Source: Lingula anatina (taxonomy: Eukaryota > Animalia > Brachiopoda). Taken from it: DNA of 64,000 bases. How positions within the stretch are numbered: the first letter of the stretch is position 1; every line of letters starts with the position of its first letter. Below the pieces are notes generated by a model. It was not told the DNA's origin. It did not search any database and saw only the letters and a program-made list of their open reading frames with translations. Location: the NCBI GenBank assembly GCA_051362555.1, contig CM120643.1, positions 21,208,848 to 21,272,847 of the forward strand, in the 5' to 3' direction. The position numbers and the translations under genes were made by a program. Shown piece after piece: positions 53,201-64,000 of the stretch.

Positions 53201-54841
53201 CGTGCGCTGATTCGGCCACTTACTGTAGTGATCGCTCTGTATGAAGACCTATTCCTTCAGCATGCTGCAAGATTAGAACGTCACACCAATCTTTCAAAAA
53301 TAAGTTTGATATGGACATAGGGGCCGAAAGATTGAGAGAAGGCACCGAAAGCACATCCTCTTAGACATGCTTGAATCAACAGTAAGCGAATCCTTGACGA
53401 AAACTCTTCTCCATCTTCAGGCGTTGTCGTTGCTGCTGAATAGAGTTTCCTATCTGAAGGGTATACAGCCAATGCAGGAGGGACTGTTTAGATGGTTTAA
53501 AGATGCAGACTGTTTCCTCTGTCCAGCCTCGAAGTCACGATTTCGTGGTAAAAATGGGAAGCCTGACGAGTTTGAACATTATGTGTCTTTTCACAGCCAC
53601 AGTCAACCAACCTCTACAATGGCAATAATGCAGTTTCAAGCATTCGGAACAGCGGTATATATTGTTCCATGTCTTTAAGTCATGCTACTAGACGCGTTAA
53701 TATAGCAATATTATTTTTAACAGGTGGATATTGAGCTGACTGAATCGAAATGTAGCAAAGTATATAATTTCGGTTTTATATATACATTAGGATCCCCATA
53801 TACTTCTTTCTCATAGATACATACTGGTACGCAGATAGCCACACATCTCATTATAACTAAATCGTTTTGATTTGTGATATATTTCATTTAGATTAAACAT
53901 TATTCCTATTTAGTTACATCATGTTTGCCATTTTTAAGACGTCGTTTTCAAACAGTGAAAAATTATTTCCTATCCTTAATTCTGTCGCAGGCACTAGCAA
54001 TTTGTCATTAAAAAGTGTAGAAGCCGGGCATAAATATGCAGATTTAATTTTGGTTCTAGGATTTTCTCAAATAGAGTTAGATCCATAACACATGAAAAAA
54101 GTAAAGTTAATAAATGTTGGTGGGCAAATACGGGCGGTATTAGGAGATACCATTCCATACTAATTCGTATAAAGCAAAAGCAGTTGAACTTGGGCTCTCA
54201 CAATGGCTAATATTACACTGAACAAGAGGGGGTGTGACAAAAATAGAAAGATATTTAAAAGAGGCCTTGGTCTTCGTTTATTTACATAAAATACATTGCG
54301 TCTCCGCCCCATTTTGCTGACTTTTGAATCAAAATTAAAAGTTTGTCTTTATTTTTTTTCTTCGACCTAACCCAGATCGTCAGAACTTTGACCACGTGTT
54401 AGTGCCAATAGTAATGTGTCAGAGCAGGCCAGGTCTCGATGCAATACTTGGAAAAGCACCGTGCAATATAAAAGTGGGTGGAAACCACATGTATGTGCCT
54501 GCGGAACACTTTTTTACTGATATATGTAGCGTTTTTAGGAATACATTATTTTGTTAATGGTCGCTGCTTATGTGCATATTATACTTGTTGGGTGATAGTC
54601 ATTGTAAATGCACTATAGGTATACGATTTTTCAGCTTGTGGCGGAGTTGGATAAGCTTGGCCAGTACGGGCGACCTCACTGGGGAAAAGGACTCCACGTG
54701 TTCCCAGCTTTAAAGGAACGCCTGAGGTCCAGTTACGGCGACAACTTGGATAAGTTTAAAACCGTCCGAAGAGAACTTGATCCTTCTGGGGTTTTCACCA
54801 ACGTTTTCTTGAGAGAATTATTTGATATTAACATACCTTGA
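49232..54841 (+). CDS. GULO/ALO-family FAD oxidase, copy 2, with exon 1 apparently damaged. Exons: 49232-49285, 49626-49780, 50042-50203, 50343-50495, 50877-51044, 51179-51396, 52013-52091, 52857-53009, 53421-53654, 54635-54841
   Basis: Exons 2-10 are open and mostly the same length as in copy 1, with GNAHT and GRPHWGK motifs. The exon-1 ATG aligns to AAG and the exon is 54 nt instead of 55. Confidence 0.78.
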
Positions 54842-56801
54842 TTGAAAGGGCCGACGGACATGTCAGTGAGTAAAATCAGCGTAGTTATCAATTCCTGAAA
54901 ATCACACAAATATACCCATAAGCTATCCAGCATACTGACTCAAAACACACATTTGTATCGTCATTTCTGACACATGTACATATGCCATTGTCGCTCGAGC
55001 TGTTTTGCTGCGAAATGGTATAAAAATTACTTCAGCTAATATGAGAGATCCTAACAAATGGAACCGTTTGCCCTCCAAAACACCAAAAATTTTCAGGGCC
55101 CTGGAGTGGGTCCCTAATCCCACGCCAAGGGAGCAAGGGTCGGATATGCATCCGATGCTTGTCATTCGTTACCCCCCCCCTTCAAAAAACCCTGGATCAG
55201 CCCATGAACGTTATACAGCACCATACACAGTTTGATTTCAAAATTTTGAATCTACTGCATTCTAAAAGATACATTACACAGTGCTTTAAATGGAGTTAAT
55301 TATTTTTAAAACTATAAGGGTATACCACTTTATTATGTGTACATTGTCAGTAGCCCGTTTTGCTCCAAGTTATGGACCAATAAATTAAAAAAAACACATT
55401 ACGATTTTTTATTTCATTTTCTTGTCACTGTGTGATTTTATAAACTATTTATCCTGAAGTTTCAAGGGCTTAAATATGCAGAGAAACCAAATTCATCGCC
55501 TTACCACTACATCCAACATAATAACAGTAAGCAAATAAGGAATGATTGTGACGCCCTTTTTGTGTGCATACGATATACATATTAAAATTGGCCAATAGCA
55601 GTTATACATGACAACTGCATAGAGAAAATGAGCATGCCCCATAGAAATTATGCAACCCAAAAATAAGGTGAACTGAGGTGTGCATATTATTTTGTCGCGC
55701 TCTGTTTTTGTGTACAGACGATGATCTACATTAGGTCATATATGCGTCTGCTACAGTATAGTAAAAAGGGCTGTAGAAGATGGTGTCCCCGCCGATTTAC
55801 TGCCTGTATGCCTGCCTGCTGCTTAATCCAGGTAAAATATTGGGTGGATTAGCTATAATATATTGAAGTAGATTTTGTGATGTAAAAGGTGTTATTAAGA
55901 TAGAACTTAGAGAAACCAGAGGAGACAATCGTGCTGGGACAACTGAAGTTTGTAGTGTTTAGTTTAAGGGAACTGCCTTATCAAGGTCATCAAGAACAAA
56001 TCCGGGGAACAAGTGCAATGTGAGGCATTGAAGTGAGGCGTAAAAAGTGGTCGTTTGTTATACATAATTATGTCTGGTGGTTTTCCTTCTTCCCAGTTCA
56101 CTTACACTTCGAAGTACTTACACTTACACTTCGAAATGCTTTCCCTCCTAGCAGACTAGTGTCGCAGGTGAAAATGTGCAAAACGCAGGGTGAAGGCTCC
56201 ATAATGCAGAATGAGGACTCAATTCAAAACCAGATCAAACCTGTTTTTCAAACCGGTTTTTCTTTCATTATTTACTCTGACAACCGAAAAAAACGTATGA
56301 TGAACAAACCTGCTGGGGTGATCCCATGTACATGAGCTTGCGCATGGGGCCTTTACATGTACATGTGGCCTGTGGGAATGGGTCGGGTATATTTCCGTCA
56401 GTTTTGTTTAGATAAAGACAGACCGCTTTCGGTGATAAGGTACAAATGTACGAGTACCTCGTGCTATTCGCTTTACAGCCGTCATATATTAACAACAGAT
56501 ATTCTTTGCAGTTTGGCATACTTACACGTAGCATCAGTAATGCGGGCACTGCGTTATGATTGAGCTTTATAAGTAACACAATGGCGGTGTCTTTGGCCAG
56601 AGAAATGTAAACGCAAAAAATGCACCTGGTCTCTTGAAAGTTACTAATTTCTTTCTGATCCGATTTTACACGATGTTACCTTTGACACCAAGTGTATATT
56701 TGGTACACTTTATGTATTTTTTTCACTGCGAAACTACCTTAGAAGAACAAACGTGCTAGGCGCGAGAATAGCAAAAAGCCTACATTGACCTCTTTAGGCG
56801 A

Positions 56802-59800
56802 ATGAAAAACGAGGCTCCGCAGCAAATAGTCATTACTTACACTGTTCCCAAAAAAGGTTGGTACACCTTATCCGAGGACCAATGTTGAAAGTGCAATAAA
56901 ATAATATTAATGTTTTAGGTAAACTCCCCCATCAATGTAAAAAATCAAAACTTAATGTGTATGTACGTATGTGCAGGTATGGGCGACGACTGCATCTGTA
57001 GAATGATAACTATAGATACAGACTTGACATTTAATATGGAATATTTCAGTTTCGAAGGTATGCCTAGGTAAAAATGCGTTCTTTTTTCAAAAAATTCCGA
57101 TCTCATATAAAGTTTGTGAATGGAGAAGTGTGTAGTCAGGTGTGTCGCTACCAATTAAGTGAATACCAGGTTTGTTGCGCTGCTGCATTATGTAATATGC
57201 AGTGATTTAATTGGGTAGTGCTCCTTTGGGCAGGTCAATGCTTGGCTTAGGCAAAGTAAGGTTCTTTAAAAAAAGTATCCATATGTCGGCAACTACTGCA
57301 TAGAAGAATTTGAAATTTGTATGCAAGTGGTCGGTTTTGCAGTGTGTACAATTAGCTATGCAGTGCTTTACAAATGTGTTAATCTGTGGCAGAATGGCGC
57401 GAAAAAGACAGACATTGCCAGACAGATAATTGCGCCAAACAAAACGGTCCGCAAAGTTTGATGGAGTGATGCCCAGACTGATGTACCTACACAGAGGCCA
57501 CACCCACTGTATTGAAATCGTACAGGACCCACTGTCTTTCGGGATATGCTGTTGCAACTAAACAAAAAGCACCCAGTCCGTTCAGAATGAGGGGTAAATT
57601 GCCACCAAAACGCACTTTTCAAGGCCAATAACGAACACCAAACTGGTTTTAGCAGGTTAGAATACCAGACGACCTCCGAGGAACCCACTGTAAACAGCAA
57701 AACATCGTTTTATGTTTCTCTAATAAATTGGGGACATTGGCCGTTTCTGGGCTGAACACTGAAACCTTGTGGCTTTCTTTAATGAGGTCAGATTTCACCT
57801 GTACCGCTCAATTAGTCAAAACAGAGCTTACAGACATCCAGAAGAGGCCAACGACGAAGCGTGTGCCGCGTCTAAAGTGACTAAGGTCATTAACAGTGTC
57901 AGTATTTGGGGTGGATACCACATTGGTGCCAAAACACCAATGGTAGTCATAGACGAAAACCTGAACCAGATCAAATAAAGGAATAATCTGGGAACCACTT
58001 GACTATCATTTGATAGGGGGAACTTAAGAAAAATTTTAGGTTGCACGGTGAGATTGCCGGTTCACACAGAGCACTTTTAATAGCAGATTACTTACAGAAC
58101 CAAGGGAATCAGCAGCTACCTAAGTAATCAAAATCGCCGTATTTGAACCACATAGACAATATGTGGGTAGGCCATTACTCGCTGAATCAATGGCCTACAT
58201 GGCCTACAACAAAACTGGACCAGATTGGACAAACTTTGACCGATGCCTGGAATATTATTCCAGATTGAACTCTAAAAACCTATCCCAAGGAATGCCTTGC
58301 CACTTGAGAGCGCTGGTAGCAGCCAGAAGAGTTCAGGCGTAACAGCGACCTTTCCTGTGACTAGACACTGACATGAGGGTCCTTTGTGGAGCGTGTAACT
58401 CTTTTACAGACAATAATTTGGAAAATATGGAGATCCAAAATATCTCTTTTAATGGTCGTCGTATGACATAGAATAGGAAATTGCAATGTGTTTTTGTTTG
58501 CTTCTCTGGCGAATTCCATTAATGAACTGATGTCACAATGACATCAAAGAGATAATAAAAAGTTATCAAAACATGATTTTAATCCTTATTTTCATTTATC
58601 AGTCAGTAAAATCGGAAAAAAACTGAAGAAAAATGATTTGGAAAAAAATATTCCATATTAAATGTCAAGTCTGTACATTTCCGTGTTTTGTATTATACTT
58701 GAACGTGTTAAACTGTACAGGGTTTTTTTCTAGTAAAATATGAGGGCTTTTACATTGGATAAATTTATTAAGTTACCCTGGTAAAGTACAATGAATTACT
58801 TTAATGGATCTAAAACTTTGAATTGATACATAAAATGATATTATTATTACACCATATTAGATCTTGCGAAGATTTCTCAGTTGCTCGTGATACAGACATG
58901 CCTTCAGGAGTTTATTGGTCCATCGCCAAAGGTGCTATTAGAGCCGTTCTCTAACTGGCAAGATTTAGTCACTTATGATCACGTGTTCGTGACTAAACCT
59001 AGGACAGCTGAGGAGGTAAAAACAAACAATTCTTTACTCAAAATAATGTAGAAAAAATTTGTGGCAATTAATCTTTTTCGCAATGTTAAAGTGTAATCTG
59101 AGCTTTTGAGTGCTTTTCGTCTTGAATGAGAGATGTTTGAGATTGAAAAATTGTCGTCTCCTTGTTTAACCTGTTTGGAAAATAAAGAAAAATGCTAAAT
59201 TATGGCGTATGTTCCGAACAAAAAAATCTAACTCTTATGGCAGTTACAGTGATTTTAATTGTTATTTGTAGATACAGAGAACTGTTTCTGCTGCTACAAC
59301 TTGTGGGCTACAAGTGCGAGCCGTGGGCAGTGCACATACCGCTGATCAAGTTTTCGGTGGTAGAGGGCGCGTCCATATTAATATGTCCGAGTTGACCTTA
59401 GGAGGAGGAAAGAGAGTGATTATCCAGCCCGAGGTAAGTGTTGTTTCTCTGTTGATGCAAACATAGGATACATAGGCCTTTTTAAATTTCAATTGTTCAA
59501 ATTATTATAATAAGTAGTAGTAAAAGGCCTAGTAGTAGTATTGGTATTAGTATTTAAAAGACCGAAGATGTATCTTCCATCATATTGGCAGACTATTACA
59601 GATTGCAGGCAAAAGGGTCGCCTCCGTGAAAGTTACAGCAGGAGTCACCCAGGCAGAGTTGAACAATGAGCTTGCCAAGTACGGTTTTGTCTTTCATCCG
59701 GGGCCTTTAATTGGAGAAGCGACGATAGGGGGAGCCGTTGCAACTTCAGCACATGTATGATAGGTTTAACCATATGCATTTATTATATTACGTCGTAAAT

Positions 59801-62111
59801 TCTTAATATAGGCAAATTTTCTTTACAAAAGGCTACAAGTATTGCATGTAAAAATAAATCTCAGTTATCTCAGCTCTGTGTATCCTCCGATGTTTTAATT
59901 AAAATTAATCTGTTTCTTTATAACTAATTCAAGATTGGGATCCAAACCGTGCACATCATAAAGTGTGTGAATGCGCTTGCGCGCGCTTGTGTGTGTGTGA
60001 TTCGAATCCCGTTTTCCAAATCTATATTCTGCAAAGGCGAGATTCGAGTCCAAATATGCAAATCACCCAATTCAGCTATAAAAAATTGTATCAAAACCGT
60101 TTTACTTTCTTCAGACATAATCATATCAGTTGAAAGAAAGACTTATTGTGAAATCCTCGTGAAATCTTCGACAATTGCAAACATTGCTGTGATTGAAGTT
60201 CTACGCGAGTAATTTATTTTGAGTTTGTGTTTTTGTATATCAATTTTGTTGCTTTCTTAGAATGGATTCTACCACGAACCATCGATAGGTGGCTACATGA
60301 CGCGAGTGAAGCTCGTTGATGGACGTGGGAATATAAGAGAATTCAACCAAAACTCAGATGCGAATATGATGAAAGCGTTAAGATGCCACTTAGGTCTACT
60401 TGGAATTTTGTTTGAAATTGAATTGGAAGTAAGTGGAATATAAATAGGCATTATTTGTTAAGTGCAGATTTTGTACTGGATTTTACCCAAAGTTCTGTTC
60501 AAAAGTATTGACCAATTCTGGATTGAATTTATTGGGTCCGTTTTAAATTGTAACTTTCAGGTTATCCAGCAGGTTGCTGTCAATTTCCAGCAAGTTTTCA
60601 CTCCACTTCGGAACTTGTTTAGCCCGACCTTTCTCCGGGATCTCATACTCGAGAATGAATTTGTGGATATGTTTTATGCACCATACAATTCACTAACAGA
60701 GAAGGAAACCAAAGAAGTGACACTCACAGGAAGGGTACCAAAGAGTTGGGACAGCGGAAATGATTTAGTGCTGATAAGGTATCTGTGACTGTACTTACCA
60801 TGGCCAAATCTGTTCACACCACTTTTTGCATTTGAAACTTAAGATTTAAATTCAATTCATTACTAAAACTATGCATTAAAAATTGATACATATTATTTAT
60901 ATTGCTTTATTGATAAAATACTATCAAATAATTATATAATAATCACAAGTACTTTAATTCCATCAACTTCATTAATGTCAAGTATGTTATCTTAATAATT
61001 CTGAAATTTATGCCGAGTTATTTAAAATGGAATGTTTCAGTTTGAAAGCGATACCGATTAAATGTCAAAGATTACAATGAACCTTGTGTAAAATAAAGCT
61101 GGTCAATGTTTGCATGACTACACCTGCTAAGAGGAATCAGTTTATATTTAGTTATACCATGTTATCATATCAACATACTTTCTAACAGACGTAACCTCGA
61201 CTCGTGCGGTATAGTCACTATATTCTCATTTTAATAATACCCGGTAGTATTTATTTGTGGGGGTGCTCTCTATATTTCTTAGTTGTAGGGCATCATAAAG
61301 GACATTTGATATTCTTATGCCGCCACCTTACAACCCTATCACTTGCTTCTTTTAGACCAGACGATGTGATGCTATATAAGGTTAAAGACAAAAGTTTAGA
61401 TTATCGACATTTTGTATTCAAATGTATATAGAAAAGTTCCAGACGCAAGGTCATTTTAAGCAGTGTCGCACGCAATAGCATGCTATCAACTTTGTATAAT
61501 TAGGTCATAAATATGGTGCCGCAATTGTAAAATGAAAAATACAGTAGTGGCGTTAAGAGTAACAATTTGAATCCACTGATTGTTATCTACAAATCATGCT
61601 AAAATTGAAAAAGACAAAATATCATGATTTATCATTATGTTGATAATGCTCGTCCTTTTTAACTTCGTCTACTTTTAATATTGGTCATCCGAAATATTTT
61701 TATGCAATAAGTTTGCAATAAGTAAACCAATGTCATCATATTGCAGCTGCCAGCCTATGCATATATTTTTGAAATGTCAAAACAAACACAATGATTAATA
61801 TCAATTTAAAAAATGACAGACATCTGCTTCTCTATACAAATAGCTAGTTCAGTTAACGATTGTTATTGCTTGGAATAAGCAGAACAATTTGGCAGACTTG
61901 AAAAACATCTTCCTATTCCAAACCCACACATTGTAATCTGACATAAAAGATGTAAACATTTTCTAAATTTAATATCAGAAGGATGGTGCTCTTTCCGAAA
62001 CAATTATTTATTGTCTCATGGCTTTTCCAGGATTATAAACCAAACCTCTGCCAAAAGAAATTTTGAAGACGAAAGGCCGCCGTCCGTCCCACAAATCACG
62101 TATAATAAGGT

Positions 62112-62152
<41 letters not shown>

Positions 62153-63983
62153 AAGTCTTGCATCTTAATTTCAGAACACATTTGATGGATAAAAGATTTT
62201 ACTAAGTGGTAGGCCAAAAGGATGAAAAATTGTCTCGAAACGGGAAAATATTAGATAAAAGCCATATTCACATTTTTTCGTACTAAACACAACACAGGGA
62301 TACAAAACTTAACAGAATTAAAACTTAATGTGGAATATTTTTATCATTGTTATTTTTGAGTGCATATTAATCTTCTTTTGCTTTATTCATCAAAAAAGTA
62401 TGTTATTGAGTGATAAAATATATCCAGTCTTCTATTTTGAGATATTTCGGTCAATAATGTCAAATTTGACATAAGATGTCATTCAAAAGAAGAGAACACC
62501 CAAGAAAACCATATCAATAATTTGATATCAGTATTAACTTTAAGCTAAGATATTAAAGAACACGATAGCATCCGGACAGCGATATGTTACACAGTCAAAG
62601 AACTCATTAGCCCACAGATTTTCAATTAGGTTCGTATCTGGGGAGATTGCAGGCCAGGGCAGTTGCTAAATCCCTTTGTTTTGAAGAAAGCAGTGATTCT
62701 TCGAGCTCAATGTGGGGATGCATTGTCGTCTTGGTACACAAAGTTGTGCCTAAAGATGTGTCTTGCAAAGGGAAGCATTTTTTCTCTGTAGGAATTCTGG
62801 TTGAGGTTGCCTTCTAGAAAAGCCAACTGGTTCTGGGCACCGGCATGAAATGCACCCCAAACCGAGACGCCACCACCCTCTGCTTGCATCCTAGGTAGTA
62901 CACAGTCATCGTTATATGTCTCCTACGGATATGATTCGACCGTCAACCCTTTAAACTCCACACCTTGCCTCATCACTTAAAACGACATGATTCCAGTGGT
63001 TTGGCTGCAAACGCACGTGGTCCCAGCCCATTGCAGACGCCGTTGTATAGAACTGCTGTTGACAATGGTTTCCGTACTGGTCTTCGTGCAAAATAACCGA
63101 CTTGTAACAATCTCTCGTTCACGAGGGACCTTGAAACGGGGATTTGAATGACATTCTGCCACTCTCTTCTGAGGACACTGGTTGTCTTTGTACGACCAGT
63201 CTAAAGAGAAGGAGATCCTGTCTTCTTGTTGTGAAACGAGGACACCCTGGTCAGGTTCGCCTGTTGTAACATTTCTTTGGAGAACTTTATTAACGGTTCC
63301 CCGATAAATGTTAAATTGCCTGGCAATGGCTGCCTGTTTCTGGCCATTTTCTCCTACAGCAAGAATCCCATAGTATCTTCTCAAAGGTACCTGTCAAGTT
63401 TTTAGAGCGAACCATCTGTTGCTTCTCGAAATACACTCCAAAGACTGACCAAACCCATGCGTTTTTATACAAAGGCAGAAAAAGACCACCCCTCACATTT
63501 CTGACCACAGAACATACAACTGCATGCATCAATTGTTTCGAGAGTTGTGTTGTAATTAGGTAACACACCTGGCTGCATGGAGTGACACTTCAGTTTCGGA
63601 TTTGAATAATCAGAGAGAAAATAAATATTTTGTAGAAAATTTACTCGCCAAATAATAGTCTTCCGTATTAAGTATTAACCCTGTACTTGCCCTTGTCCAC
63701 CTCTCTGCCATATACAATAGATCAATACGACAATAGATCAAGTGTTCTGGCATACTACCTTACAGTGCTAACCTTAGTATACAAGAATGGAAATGAATGA
63801 AGAATAAAACTTAACTTTCAATTTCTTTAGGCTGCATTCGAAGCACAACTTTCTTATCCCGTCTCTGTTGTGAAAAACCTCACAGACGTATTGTTCCTCA
63901 ATATTCTTGGGATCCCGGCGGTTGACAGTATGGAATATGTGATGGTTGATCCGAATTTCACCAACGGAGCAGCAGCAATGCAG
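56802..63983 (+). CDS. GULO/ALO-family FAD oxidase, copy 3, partial (continues past the window end). Exons: 56802-56856, 58861-59015, 59272-59433, 59602-59754, 60261-60428, 60561-60778, 62031-62109, 63831-63983
   Basis: Paralogous exons with conserved phases, all open; GSAHT motif; upstream TATAAG at 56568. Confidence 0.83.
57019..58673 (+). mobile_element. Tc1/mariner-family transposon with a decayed transposase, in intron 1 of oxidase copy 3
   Basis: TIRs CAGACTTGACATTTAATATGGAATATTT and its reverse complement, with TA on both sides. Transposase remnants FFNEVRF, VSIWGG and SPYLNHIDNMW, broken by stops and frameshifts. Confidence 0.88.
62313..63683 (-). mobile_element. Tc1-like transposon with a decayed transposase, in intron 7 of oxidase copy 3
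   Basis: Minus-strand remnants AAIARQFNI (HTH), GVSVWGAF, FVYQDDNASPH and WPAISPDTNLIENLW; degenerate TIRs at both ends. Confidence 0.8.
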
Positions 63984-64000
63984 GTTAGATATACAGTATT

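Larger units (their letters stand above)
38500..64000 (+). repeat. Tandem segmental triplication carrying the oxidase genes
   Basis: Non-coding blocks also recur: about 38520-38900, 48480-48820 and 55660-56030; about 47840-48450 and 55220-55640; and 5' regions at about 40150-40600, 48930-49350 and 56420-56900. Confidence 0.85.

Overview
This is intron-rich, AT-rich animal genomic DNA with many microsatellites. The gene and repeat style suggests an invertebrate deuterostome such as a sea urchin, but that is inference only. In order it contains: (1) the 5' part of a minus-strand CYP2-clan cytochrome P450, with exon 1 at 6982-6610 and exon 2 running off the window start; (2) about 18 kb of mostly non-coding DNA; (3) a four-exon minus-strand pseudogene (27700-24929), largely missed by the ORF track, for a probable secreted protein, disabled by a nonsense codon, a frameshift and two PIF/Harbinger-type MITEs; (4) a divergently oriented PRRT3/PRRT4-like membrane protein gene; (5) a two-exon gene for a 637-aa secreted Glu/Ala/Pro-rich repeat protein with a central furin site; (6) a tandem array of at least three 10-exon FAD-linked oxidase genes of the GULO/ALO (aldonolactone oxidase) family. 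The array contains a Penelope-like retroelement with inverted terminal arms and a variant hammerhead ribozyme, two decayed Tc1-like transposons and several MITEs. All exon models were built by eye from GT-AG sites and frame continuity; no database search was run.
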